A DNA stretch of 28,196 bases, taken from positions 1 through 28,196 of the forward strand of contig JAJRYI010000104.1 of the NCBI GenBank assembly GCA_024275815.1. Reading direction: 5' to 3'. Below, in pieces: positions 18,004 through 27,558 of the stretch; positions within the stretch are counted from its first letter, which is position 1, and each line of letters begins with the position of its first letter. This stretch comes from Actinomycetes bacterium (lineage in GTDB: Bacteria > Actinomycetota > Acidimicrobiia > Spongiisociales > UBA5794). The position numbers were made by a program, and so were the translations under genes. The notes under the pieces were generated by a model, which saw nothing but the letters and a program-made list of their open reading frames with translations, made no database searches and had not been told where the DNA came from.

Positions 18004-18530
18004 AGCACCGCCTCCTCATCCTCGACCTCGTGTCCGAAGTACGCAAGGGCGATCGTCCCGACCGCCGCGATCGTCAGCAGCATCACCGTCGCGAGAAACA
18101 CCACGGTCCACGTCCCGAACAACTCGTCTGATACGTTCTCGATCGTTCCGTTGAGGTTCGGTGTGCCGAAGGCGTCGCTGCCGGTCACCCATGCTGCCCT
18201 CCCGGCAAGCGCGATGGATGCGAACAAACCGACCGACACGACTGCCGTCATGATCCGTTGTGCTGGAACGGCAGGTCCGTACGCGTCGGGCTTGTCGACA
18301 CCGATGAGCATGATCACGAACAGGAACAGGGTCATGACGGCACCGGCGTAGACGATCACCTGGACGATCGCGACGAAGTGTGCATCGAGGAGCACGTACA
18401 TCACCGCGATGGAGAACATCGTCGAGAGCAGACCGATCGCCGAGTAGACGGGGTTCTTCGCGGCAACGATCGCGATCGCGCCGACGAGGGCTACGGCAGC
18501 GAAGATGATGAAGACGATCGTCTCAGCCAT
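18000..18530 (-). CDS. nuoJ: NADH-quinone oxidoreductase subunit J
   Basis: Start MAETIVF at ATG 18530 with AGGAGG upstream. [26 protein letters not shown]. Confidence 0.92.
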   Translation of the reverse strand: MAETIVFIIFAAVALVGAIAIVAAKNPVYSAIGLLSTMFSIAVMYVLLDAHFVAIVQVIVYAGAVMTLFLFVIMLIGVDKPDAYGPAVPAQRIMTAVVSVGLFASIALAGRAAWVTGSDAFGTPNLNGTIENVSDELFGTWTVVFLATVMLLTIAAVGTIALAYFGHEVEDEEAVL

Positions 18531-19182
18531 CGGCCTTTGCCTCCTGGGGGTCTTCGGTTGTGTCGCTGTGAGCACTCTGGCCTGTCTCCGCAGGGAGGTT
18601 CCCGGTGCGCGCCGACGGCGTCCACGCCACGACCCCTTCATAGGCTGCCCGCCCAGCTGGTGACGTCGCTCGCATCCAGCCATCACCTGCGACGAGCTCG
18701 CCGCGGTCGATGAGGTTGGATGCAGGCTGGGGGTGTCTCGGTGTTCCGTCCGGCTCCACGAGGAGCTCATCTTTGGTGAAGATCGCCTAGTCTCGGTCCG
18801 TGACGGACATCTCGAAGAGGTGTGTCATCGTGATCGCCGTCGTCGGGCATGCTTCGACGCACATGGCGCAGAAGATGCACCGCAACATGTTGATCTCATA
18901 GACGAACCCGTACCGCTCCCCCGGACTCACCGGTGCGTCCTGCGGGTTGTCGGCACCCCGAACGTAGATGCAGTTCGCCGGGCACACTCCTGCGCACAGC
19001 TCGCATCCGATGCACTTCTCCATGCCGTCCTCGTACCGGTTCAGGACGTGCCTGCCGTGGAACCGCTGTGGCTTGACACGCTTCTCCTGGGGGTACTTGC
19101 GCGTCACACGCGGCCTGCCGACCTGGCGCATCGTGACCGCGAACCCTCTGAAGGGGCCGAGAAGATCTGCGAACCAACTCAT
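18523..19182 (-). pseudogene. nuoI: NADH-quinone oxidoreductase subunit I interrupted by one in-frame TAG (codon 132, 18787-18789) after both 4Fe-4S motifs
   Basis: ATG 19182 with AGGAGG. RFHGRH, CIGCELCAGVCP, CIFCAMCVEACP, then FEMSVTDRD*AIFTKDELL. The frame continues to TGA 18523-18525, which overlaps the nuoJ start. Confidence 0.88.
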
Positions 19183-19192
19183 AGGTGCCTCC

Positions 19193-20233
19193 TCATGACC
19201 ACGGCATCCCGAAGTCTCGAACACCTATGGCGATGGCGACGAGGATGATCCAGGCGAGAGCCACCGGGATCAGCTTCTTCCACCCGAAACTCATCAACTG
19301 GTCGTAGCGCATCCGGGGCAGCGAGGCCCGCACCCATACGAAGAAGAGGACGAAGGCCCACGTCTTCAACAGGAACCAGAAGATCGGAAGCAGGTAGGTG
19401 AGCCACGTCGGGCCGAAGACGGGACCGTTCCATCCGCCGAAGAACAAGGTCGCGGTCAGCGCCGATATGTTGAACACGGCGATGTACTCGGCAAGGAAGA
19501 AGAGCGCGAACAGGAACCCGGAGTACTCCGTGTGGTAGCCACCGACGATCTCCTGTTCGGCTTCGACGAGATCGAACGGCGGCCGGTTCGTCTCGGCGAA
19601 CCCTGCGATGAGGAAGATGACGAACGATGGAACCAGAACGATGTTCCATGCGGGAATGAACCCGAAGAAGGTTCCTCCCTGCTGCTCGACGATCGTGGCG
19701 ATCGATGTCGATCCGGCGAAGATGACGACGGGCACCAGGGCGAGACCCATCGCTGCTTCATACGAGATCATCTGTGCCGCCGACCGTACCGACCCGATCA
19801 GGGGGTACTTCGATCCTGACGCCCACCCGGCGAAGGTGATCGCGTACACCGCGATCGACGAGATCGCCAGGATGTACAGCAGGCCGATGTTGAGGTCCAT
19901 CGCCACGAGGGGGTACAGCGTGCCGTTGATCTCGATGGGGGCACCGATGGGAATGACGAGGAAGATCAGCAACGCTGTGAGCAGCGCCACGATGGGAGCG
20001 GCGATGAAGAGCGCCATCTCCGCGTTCGACGGCCGGATCGACTCCTTCATGAAGCTCTTCAGGCCGTCGGCGAGTGTCTGAAGGATCCCCCACGGCCCCG
20101 CCCGGTCCGGGCCGACCCGGTTCTGGAGATCGGAGACGAACTTCCGCTCGACCCACACGAGGAGGAGCACGGTGATGAGGAGGAACACGAACGCAACGAT
20201 GACGCGGATACCGGCTTCGATGAAGATACTCAC
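19193..20233 (-). CDS. nuoH: NADH-quinone oxidoreductase subunit H
   Basis: ERKF..DLQNRVGP, LADGLKSFMKE, AQMISYE, ETNRPPFDLVEAEQEIVGGYHTEYSG, LPRMRYDQLM. Confidence 0.95.
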   Translation of the reverse strand: MSIFIEAGIRVIVAFVFLLITVLLLVWVERKFVSDLQNRVGPDRAGPWGILQTLADGLKSFMKESIRPSNAEMALFIAAPIVALLTALLIFLVIPIGAPIEINGTLYPLVAMDLNIGLLYILAISSIAVYAITFAGWASGSKYPLIGSVRSAAQMISYEAAMGLALVPVVIFAGSTSIATIVEQQGGTFFGFIPAWNIVLVPSFVIFLIAGFAETNRPPFDLVEAEQEIVGGYHTEYSGFLFALFFLAEYIAVFNISALTATLFFGGWNGPVFGPTWLTYLLPIFWFLLKTWAFVLFFVWVRASLPRMRYDQLMSFGWKKLIPVALAWIILVAIAIGVRDFGMPWS

Positions 20234-22653
20234 GAGTCACCTCGCATCACGTCTACGGTGACGACAGATTCTGCCGCCAGTCCCTTCGTCGCTTCGAGGT
20301 TGTGTGGCACGACGATCGTTCCGCGGCTCACCTGTTCGTCGAACGCCACGATGAGCTCGTGAGTACCCGACACGAGGACGCTGTCGCCCTCGGCGATCGC
20401 CAGACGTGCCGCATCCGACGGGTGGAGCCGGACGACCGGATCTCGCACAAGGCCTGCGATCGTGTCCGCGTTGCGCACCCACACGCCGTCGTCGTAGAGC
20501 GATGCGGCGAAGTGTGCAGTGAACTCTCCTGTGACGACGGGAACCGAGACCTCGACGGGTATGTAACCGAGCGGCTGAACACCGTCGCCGTGGGGGACAA
20601 CGACCCCTTCGGGTCCGGCTTCGAACGTCAGGAAGTCCATCGTCACGCCAGCGTACGCCGGGGAGACGTCGGCGAGCTCTTTCGAGATCATCGCGAGGTT
20701 CGAGGCTCCGAGCGCAACCCCCATCCTGTTCGCCAGGTCGTCGATGACGTCGTGTGTCGGCCGCACCTGGCCGGGAGGGGCCAGTGATGGCCTGACACGC
20801 TGGACCCTGCCCTCGAGGTTCGTCACCGTTCCGTCGACCTCTCCCCAGACGGCGACGGGGAGGATCACGTCGGCGTGGATGGATGAGTCGGTGACGAATG
20901 CATCGAGTGCGACCACGAACTCTGCCGCCTCGAGTGCTTCGGCTGCAAGCCGGGGATCGGGGAAGTCGCGCACCGGGTCTGCTCCGGCGAGAACCAGCGC
21001 TGAGATGTCCTCTGCCTTCAATGCGCCGAGCACGCCCTCGGTTCCGTGCCCGACGTGTTCGGGCAGCGGCCCCCAGGCTTGCTCGAGGGCCGCAACACCG
21101 GCGTCTGATCCAGTGCTGACGCGGCCGGGGAGCAGCGTCGGAGAGAGGCCCATGTCGAGTGCACCAAAGACGTTCGACCGCTCGAGGAGGGGAAGGATCG
21201 TCGCGTCCGGGAGGTCTCTGGCGAACGCAGCAACGGCCTCCGTGAGTTTGGGGTCCTCAGCGATCGATGTACGTCCAACGAGGGCGACGACGGGTCCCGA
21301 GCCGAGTAGTTCACGAGCGGCAGCGTACTCACCGTCTCCGGCAGAGAGCTTCCTGAGCACGTCTGACCCCGTACCTGCACGGTATGTCACCGTGTGCGCA
21401 GCGACGTCGTCGAGGCCCGTACCGATCGGATGAACGACGACGAGGTGCGCACCGTTGCGGACAGCCTTGCGAACTCTGAGGTACAGCACGGGAAGGGACT
21501 CTTTGAGGTCTGGACCCCAGAGAAGGATCGTCGAGGCTGTATCGAGGTCGTTGATCGTCGCCCGGGGCGTGATCGCTGCGGCGAGGTGCGCCTCGATGCC
21601 GTCACCGAGCTGGGCGTCGATGTGGGCGGACCCGACCACCGTTCGCATGAACTTGGAGAGGACGAACGCTTCTTCGTTCGTGTTGTTCGCTCCACCGATC
21701 ATCGCGACCTCGGCGCCCTGGTAGCCGCCGAGTCTCGATGCGACGACCTCGAGTGCCCTGTTCCAGGAAGCCTCTTCGAACCGGTCACCCTTCCTGATGA
21801 GCGGAGTCGTGATCCTCGTGTCGGAGTGAACGGTGGAGAAGGAGAACCGGTCCTTGTCCGAGAGCCAGCCCTCGTTGACGGCGTCGTTCTCTACGCCGTA
21901 TACGCGCACGATCTTGCCGCGGCTCGTCTGGACGTCGACCGTCGAGTGCACCGGATCGGTGACGGACACCGATGTGGTGTGCTCGAGATCCCATGGGCGG
22001 GCCTTGAAGCGGTAGTCGACCGACGTCAGGGCGCCGACAGGACACAGTTGGACGGTGTTTCCAGAGAAGTAAGAGGAGCACGGCTCGTTTGGGAAGGTTT
22101 GGATCTGCACCGCGTTTCCGCGTTCGGTGAACGTCAGCAGGGCGTCGCCTGCTATGTCATCGGCGACCCTCACACAGCGGTCACAGAGCACACAACGCTC
22201 CCGGTCGAGCAGCACGACGCTCGAGACGGGGATCGGCTTGAGATAGGTTCTCTTCTCCTCGACGAACCGGCTCTCGCCGGCACCGAACCCGTACGCCTGA
22301 TCCTGGAGGGGGCACTCCCCGCCCTTGTCACAGACGGGACAGTCGAGGGGGTGGTTGATGAGGAGGAACTCGAGGATGCCCTCCTGTGCCTTCTTGACCA
22401 CCGCCGACTCGGTATCGACGACCATGCCGTCGGAAACCACCATGGTGCATGACGGCACGAGGGCCTTACCCCTGGGACCTTCGACCTCTACGAGGCACAT
22501 CCTGCACTTGCCTACCGACTCGAGCTTGTCGTGGTAACAGAACCTCGGGATGTACTCACCGATGCCCTCTGCTGCAGAGATGAGGTACTGGCCGGCGTCG
22601 ACGGTGTGGTCCACACCGTTGATCGTGATCGTGACCTGTGCGATGTCAGACAT
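20230..22653 (-). CDS. nuoG: NADH-quinone oxidoreductase subunit G
   Basis: Start MSDIAQ at 22653. N1b (PRFCY...GKCRMC...SC), N5 (HPLDCPVCDKGGEC), N4 (CVLCDRC...CPVGAL), molybdopterin-oxidoreductase-like C-terminal domain. Confidence 0.95.
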   Translation of the reverse strand: MSDIAQVTITINGVDHTVDAGQYLISAAEGIGEYIPRFCYHDKLESVGKCRMCLVEVEGPRGKALVPSCTMVVSDGMVVDTESAVVKKAQEGILEFLLINHPLDCPVCDKGGECPLQDQAYGFGAGESRFVEEKRTYLKPIPVSSVVLLDRERCVLCDRCVRVADDIAGDALLTFTERGNAVQIQTFPNEPCSSYFSGNTVQLCPVGALTSVDYRFKARPWDLEHTTSVSVTDPVHSTVDVQTSRGKIVRVYGVENDAVNEGWLSDKDRFSFSTVHSDTRITTPLIRKGDRFEEASWNRALEVVASRLGGYQGAEVAMIGGANNTNEEAFVLSKFMRTVVGSAHIDAQLGDGIEAHLAAAITPRATINDLDTASTILLWGPDLKESLPVLYLRVRKAVRNGAHLVVVHPIGTGLDDVAAHTVTYRAGTGSDVLRKLSAGDGEYAAARELLGSGPVVALVGRTSIAEDPKLTEAVAAFARDLPDATILPLLERSNVFGALDMGLSPTLLPGRVSTGSDAGVAALEQAWGPLPEHVGHGTEGVLGALKAEDISALVLAGADPVRDFPDPRLAAEALEAAEFVVALDAFVTDSSIHADVILPVAVWGEVDGTVTNLEGRVQRVRPSLAPPGQVRPTHDVIDDLANRMGVALGASNLAMISKELADVSPAYAGVTMDFLTFEAGPEGVVVPHGDGVQPLGYIPVEVSVPVVTGEFTAHFAASLYDDGVWVRNADTIAGLVRDPVVRLHPSDAARLAIAEGDSVLVSGTHELIVAFDEQVSRGTIVVPHNLEATKGLAAESVVTVDVMRGDS

Positions 22654-23938
22654 TGGACACCTCACTTCCACCGATCATGGCTTCGACTTCGGGCATGAAC
22701 CATCTGGTGATCGACGTGATCGGCGAGACCGCCGAAGGGCCGAGCGGGCAGATCGTGGTCATCGCCGGTGGCCAGGCAAGACCGGGTGAGATGCCGTTGG
22801 AGATCTCGAGCAGGAGGTCGATGTCCTCAGGTCGGCCCTTGCCGTCGAGGATTCTGCGCAGAACGTTCTCGAGCCAACTCGTGCCTTCCCGACACGGGGT
22901 GCACTGTCCACAGGACTCGTGGGCGAAGAACCGTACGAGACGATGCGCAGCGGCAACGACGTTGGTCGTGTCGTCCATGACGATCACGGCGCCGCTTCCC
23001 GCCATGGACCCTGCCTGGGCGATGTCGTCGATGGTGACGAGTGTCTCGAGGTGTTCTTCCGGTACGAACCATGGAGCCGAAGCACCGCCGGGGATCCATG
23101 CCTTGAGTTCACGCCCGTCTGGGATCCCGCCACCGATGTCGTAGATGAGATCCCGCCAGGTCATGCCCATGACGACCTCGTAGTTTCCGGGGCGTTCGAC
23201 GTGCCCTGAGAGGCTGAACATCCGGGTTCCTGCCGAGCGCTCCGGGCCGATGGCTGCGTACGCGATACCCGAGTTGTTGATCATCCACGGGATGTTCGAG
23301 ATGGATTCGACGTTGTTGACGATCGTCGGCTTGGCGTAGAGGCCCTCAACGGCAGGGAACGGTGGCTTGAGGCGTGGCTCCCCACGTCGACCTTCGAGGC
23401 TGTTCAGCAGCGCGGTCTCTTCGCCACAGATGTACGCGCCACCGCCGAGGTGGACGGTGATGTCGAGCGAGAAACCCGTCCCGTGGATGTTCTCCCCCAG
23501 GTAGCCGGCCTCGTAGGCCTCGTAGATCGCTCGTTGGACTCTGCGAGCAGGCTTGGGGTACTCGCCGCGGATGTAGATGAAAGCGTGGTGGACGTTGAGG
23601 GCGTAGCTCGAGATGATGACGCCTTCGATGAGCTGATGCGGGTCACGCTCGAGGAGTTGGCGGTCCTTGAACGTTCCCGGCTCCGACTCGTCCCCGTTGA
23701 CGACGAGGTACCGCGGCTCGGTAGCAGCGAGGAACCCCCACTTGACCCCCGTTGGGAATCCGGCACCTCCGCGGCCACGCATGTTCGAAGCCTTGACCTC
23801 TTCGATGATGGTCTCGGGTGTCATCTCCGACAAGGCCTTGGTGAGCGCCTTGTACCCACCGGTGTCGACGTATCTCGCAATGGTGTGGCTGTCGGCGGGG
23901 TGATCGACCATGCGCGACGTGAGGATGAGATCGGTCAT
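22646..23938 (-). CDS. nuoF: NADH-quinone oxidoreductase subunit F
   Basis: Start MTDLIL at 23938 (ATGA overlap). RGRGGAGFPTG, NGDESEPG, GAYICGEETAL, ESCGQCTPCREG...ICPLG. Confidence 0.95.
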   Translation of the reverse strand: MTDLILTSRMVDHPADSHTIARYVDTGGYKALTKALSEMTPETIIEEVKASNMRGRGGAGFPTGVKWGFLAATEPRYLVVNGDESEPGTFKDRQLLERDPHQLIEGVIISSYALNVHHAFIYIRGEYPKPARRVQRAIYEAYEAGYLGENIHGTGFSLDITVHLGGGAYICGEETALLNSLEGRRGEPRLKPPFPAVEGLYAKPTIVNNVESISNIPWMINNSGIAYAAIGPERSAGTRMFSLSGHVERPGNYEVVMGMTWRDLIYDIGGGIPDGRELKAWIPGGASAPWFVPEEHLETLVTIDDIAQAGSMAGSGAVIVMDDTTNVVAAAHRLVRFFAHESCGQCTPCREGTSWLENVLRRILDGKGRPEDIDLLLEISNGISPGLAWPPAMTTICPLGPSAVSPITSITRWFMPEVEAMIGGSEVSNV

Positions 23939-24564
23939 CGATCCTCCCCCACAGATCCGTATGGTCCGAACGCCGGGACGGGGGCGATGGCGCCCTCCGG
24001 TTCGCTCGAACCCCAGTCGAAGGACCGCTGTCCCCCGAAGAGTTGCTGCATCTCGTCCGTCAACACGACTTCGGGCTGGGAATCGGTCAGCCACTCGATC
24101 AACTGACGTGCCTTGTCTGGAGTGAGCCCCTCAACCAGTTCGTAGTTCACCTGTACTGCAGGTGCGCCTCCGCATGCACCGATGCACTCGACGTGCTCGA
24201 CGGAGAAACGGCCGTCTTCAGAAGTCTCTCCATGGTGGATCCCTGTTGCTTCCTCCACTGCCTCGAGCACCTCGTCGGCCCCCTGGAGGAAACACGAGAT
24301 CGATGTGCACACCGACACGAGGTACTTGCCGACACCGTCACGTTTGAACATCGTGTAGAACGACGCGACCGACAGGACCTGTGCCGGGGTCACACCGGTG
24401 AGTTCTGCCACCTCACGCATTGCATCGGGGGAGGCGAAGTCGTGTTCGAGGCTTGCAATGTAGAGGAGAGGCATGATCGCCGAACGCTTCTCGGGGTATG
24501 CATCGAGGATCTTGCCGGCACGCTCCTGGTTGGCGTGAGACCACTGGGAGATCACCTGGTTCAT
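23935..24564 (-). CDS. nuoE: NADH-quinone oxidoreductase subunit E
   Basis: Start MNQVIS at 24564 (ATGA overlap with nuoD). VASFYTMF, VCTSISC, VECIGACGGAP (N1a 2Fe-2S). Confidence 0.93.
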   Translation of the reverse strand: MNQVISQWSHANQERAGKILDAYPEKRSAIMPLLYIASLEHDFASPDAMREVAELTGVTPAQVLSVASFYTMFKRDGVGKYLVSVCTSISCFLQGADEVLEAVEEATGIHHGETSEDGRFSVEHVECIGACGGAPAVQVNYELVEGLTPDKARQLIEWLTDSQPEVVLTDEMQQLFGGQRSFDWGSSEPEGAIAPVPAFGPYGSVGEDR

Positions 24565-25979
24565 CGGTCGACATCTCCCAGGACGGGGTCGGTCGAGGCG
24601 AGTGCTGCGATGAGATCCGCGATGAGGGAGTCGGACATCATTGCAGGCAACGCCTGAACGGCAGCGAACGACGGGGCGCGCCAGTGCATCCGCCACGGCC
24701 GTGTCCCACCCTTGGACACGAGGTGGCAGCCGATCTCGCCTCTCGGCCCCTCGACAGATTGATACGCAGTGCCTGGAGGGACCTCGATGCCGGAGGTGAA
24801 CAGCTTGAAGTGGTGGATCAGCGCTTCCATGGACTCGTCGATGCGCTTGCGTGGCGGCGGCGTGACCTTCGGGTCGGTGGTCCGGTAGTCGCCTGTGGGC
24901 ATCGTGTCGAGGACCTGTTCGATGATCTTGAGAGACTCGCGCAACTCGGCGACGCGCACGATGTAGCGATCGAAGACGTCTCCATGCTGGCCGGTCGGCA
25001 CGTCGAACTCGTACTTGTCGATCCCGGAGTACGGCATGGCCTTGCGGAGGTCCCACTCGATGCCCGATGCCCTTGCGATCGGTCCGGTGATCCCGAACTG
25101 CTTGCACTCTTCGGGTGTGAGCACACCAACACCGAGCGTCCGGTCGAGGAAGATCGGGTTCTCGTTGAGGAGTTCCTCGTACTCGTCGACCCCTGCACTG
25201 ACCACGCCCATGAGACTCACGACGTCGTCCTGCCATCCATCGGGGAGGTCGGCTGCCACACCACCGGGTCGGATGTAGTTGTGGTTCATCCGCAGACCGG
25301 TGACCTTCTCGAAGAAGTCGAGAACGACCTCACGCTCTCGCCAGCCGTAGATCATCATCGAGAGGGCCCCGATGTCCATGCCCATCGTTGCGGTGAACAA
25401 CAGGTGGCTCGCGACGCGGTTGAGTTCCGTCATGAGGATGCGGATCGCATCGGCACGCTCGGGGAGATCGATGCCGAGCAGCTGTTCGACGGTGAGCGAG
25501 AAAGCCAGCTCGTTGAAGAACGGCGACAGATAATCCATCCGGGTGACGTTCGTCGATCCCTGCGTGTAGGTGAGGGTCTCGGCGGTCTTCTCCATACCCG
25601 TGTGCAGATAGCCGATGATCGGCTTCACTCTGCGAACGGTCTCTCCCTCGAGCTCGATCTGAAGACGCAACACGCCGTGGGTGGAGGGGTGCTGCGGGCC
25701 CATGTTGATGATCTGGCGTTCCTCGTCGACGATGCGCGGTTGTTCGAGGAAGTCGTCGTCGACGGCGATACCCCGCTGGATCGCCAGTGCGGGGTCCTCA
25801 TCGCGCGGCAACATCTCTTGTGCGCCCTCGTTCGTCGCTGCTGCAAACGGCATGCGTTCTTCGGTACCTGAGACCCATATCTCATGGCGCCTGCGGCGTT
25901 CGTCGGCTACACCGAGCGTTTCAGGTGTCTGGTCATCCACGGTTTCCGTTGCCTCTGTGGTGTCGGGAGTTTCGGTCAT
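24561..25979 (-). CDS. nuoD: NADH-quinone oxidoreductase subunit D
   Basis: NMGPQHPSTHGVLRL, IGYLHTGMEK, RMDY, GLRMNHNYIRPGG, VEGPRGE, LGDVDR. Confidence 0.96.
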   Translation of the reverse strand: MTETPDTTEATETVDDQTPETLGVADERRRRHEIWVSGTEERMPFAAATNEGAQEMLPRDEDPALAIQRGIAVDDDFLEQPRIVDEERQIINMGPQHPSTHGVLRLQIELEGETVRRVKPIIGYLHTGMEKTAETLTYTQGSTNVTRMDYLSPFFNELAFSLTVEQLLGIDLPERADAIRILMTELNRVASHLLFTATMGMDIGALSMMIYGWREREVVLDFFEKVTGLRMNHNYIRPGGVAADLPDGWQDDVVSLMGVVSAGVDEYEELLNENPIFLDRTLGVGVLTPEECKQFGITGPIARASGIEWDLRKAMPYSGIDKYEFDVPTGQHGDVFDRYIVRVAELRESLKIIEQVLDTMPTGDYRTTDPKVTPPPRKRIDESMEALIHHFKLFTSGIEVPPGTAYQSVEGPRGEIGCHLVSKGGTRPWRMHWRAPSFAAVQALPAMMSDSLIADLIAALASTDPVLGDVDR

Positions 25980-26548
25980 ACGTCGAGACTCCCTGCCTTG
26001 AACTCCACGGGTACCGCACCGACGTCGTAATCCTTGCGAAGAGGATGCCCCTGCCAGTCATCGGGCATGAGGATCCTCGTCAGGTCCGGGTGGCCGGAGA
26101 ACTCGACTCCGAGAAGGTCGTACGCCTCGCGCTCGTAGAAGTTGGCACCGGCGAAAACGTCGGTGAGGGTCGGCACCGATGGGTCGTCGTACGGGACCCT
26201 CGTCGAGATGATGATCCTCTCGGCGTCACCGGTCGACAGGAGGTTGAGCGCCACCTCGAACCGCGGGGCCTCGGAGAAGTGATCGATGGCGGTGAGGTCG
26301 ATGAACGTGTCGAACCCTGCATCCTTCGCTTCGGCCGCGAACGCGACCCAGTCCGCGACCGGAACACTGATCTTGTGATAGACCGTCTCGCTGGACGCGT
26401 ACTTCGCTGTCGTGAAGGGCGCGTCTGGGAAAGACTCGATGAGGGATGCAACGATCGGGACCTCGGGAAGGTCACGAACGGGAGACGCGGCCTCCGCTTC
26501 CTCGGCATGGTCTTGCACTTCGTCGATCTGTGTGCGGTCGTCTGCCAT
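25976..26548 (-). CDS. nuoC: NADH-quinone oxidoreductase subunit C
   Basis: Start MADDRTQ at 26548. DLTAIDH, ANFYEREAYDLLG..F.GHPDLTRILMPDDWQGHPLRKDY. Confidence 0.93.
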   Translation of the reverse strand: MADDRTQIDEVQDHAEEAEAASPVRDLPEVPIVASLIESFPDAPFTTAKYASSETVYHKISVPVADWVAFAAEAKDAGFDTFIDLTAIDHFSEAPRFEVALNLLSTGDAERIIISTRVPYDDPSVPTLTDVFAGANFYEREAYDLLGVEFSGHPDLTRILMPDDWQGHPLRKDYDVGAVPVEFKAGSLDV

Positions 26549-26549
26549 C

Positions 26550-27035
26550 TCAGAGCACCCCCGTGGAGCGCTGGATCTCACCGGACATGATCTTTTCGTG
26601 CAACGTCAGGATCCCGTGCATGAGCGACTGTGGCCCCGGAGGACATCCGGGGACGTAGATGTCTACGGGTACCACTTCATCGACACCCTGGACGATGGCG
26701 TAGTTGTTGAACATCCCTCCCGATGATGCACACGCACCCATCGAGATGACCCACTTCGGCTCGGCCATCTGGTCGTACACCTGGCGTAGCACCGGAGCCA
26801 TCTTCTGGGACACCCTCCCGGCGACGATCATCAAGTCTGCCTGGCGGGGAGAAGCGCGGAACACCTCCATGCCGAACCGTGCAAGATCGTTGTGGGCGGC
26901 ACCGGTACCCATCATCTCGATGGCGCAACACGCCAGTCCGAACGTTGCCGGCCACATCGATTGGGTTCTCGCCCAGTTGACACCCTTCTCGAGCGTGGAC
27001 ACGAGAAAGCCCGGTTCGCTGGACACACCTGCCAT
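26550..27035 (-). CDS. nuoB: NADH-quinone oxidoreductase subunit B
   Basis: [38 protein letters not shown] (N2 ligands). Confidence 0.96.
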   Translation of the reverse strand: MAGVSSEPGFLVSTLEKGVNWARTQSMWPATFGLACCAIEMMGTGAAHNDLARFGMEVFRASPRQADLMIVAGRVSQKMAPVLRQVYDQMAEPKWVISMGACASSGGMFNNYAIVQGVDEVVPVDIYVPGCPPGPQSLMHGILTLHEKIMSGEIQRSTGVL

Positions 27036-27457
27036 CAGGCAGCCTCATCCATCTCGGCTCGAGGAGCCACGACCTTGCGGTAGCGCGCACGGCTTGCAAC
27101 GTTCCAATCGAGAGCACCGCGCTTCCAGACGTACGCGAGCGTCTCGATGAGCATCAACATGAACGCGACGATCGCGGCGATGCCCGCCCATCCGAACTGA
27201 TCCATCCTCACTGCCCATAGAAACAGGAAGATGATCTCGACGTCGAAGATCACGAACAGCATCGCAACGAGGTAGAACTTGACGGGGAACCGCTGGACCG
27301 GATCCTGGAGCGGGACGATGCCACACTCGTACGGTGCCAGCTTCTCGGGGGTGGGGTTCGAGGGAGCGAGCATCCCAGACATCACCAACGACATGCCTGC
27401 AAAGGCGATGCCGAGGATGGTCATCAGAGCGATCGGAAGATAGTCAGCCAGCTCCAT
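27035..27457 (-). CDS. nuoA: NADH-quinone oxidoreductase subunit A
   Basis: [30 protein letters not shown]. Confidence 0.95.
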   Translation of the reverse strand: MELADYLPIALMTILGIAFAGMSLVMSGMLAPSNPTPEKLAPYECGIVPLQDPVQRFPVKFYLVAMLFVIFDVEIIFLFLWAVRMDQFGWAGIAAIVAFMLMLIETLAYVWKRGALDWNVASRARYRKVVAPRAEMDEAA

Positions 27458-27464
27458 CCGCAGC

Positions 27465-27470
27465 AGGTTA
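27465..27470 (-). promoter_or_regulatory. Putative -10 element of a leaderless nuoA-N transcript
   Basis: Minus strand reads TAACCT-GCTGCGG-ATG (TANNNT, 7 nt, start codon). No Shine-Dalgarno before nuoA. Confidence 0.5.
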
Positions 27471-27528
27471 CCGGCCCGCTGCGGCCATCAGAAATCGCCG
27501 GGCAACCGAGTACGAAACGAGACGTCGA

Positions 27529-27558
27529 TTCACGGCAACGCACGGCAGTTCCTAGGCT
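27529..27558 (+). promoter_or_regulatory. Putative leaderless promoter of rex
   Basis: TTCACG (27529-27534), N18, TAGGCT (27553-27558), 7 nt, ATG 27566. No Shine-Dalgarno. Confidence 0.5.

Noticed and set aside
27519-27534. Canonical Rex operator between nuoA and rex
   Set aside because: Only the right half (TTCAC) matches. The left half, GAGACG, does not form the palindrome.
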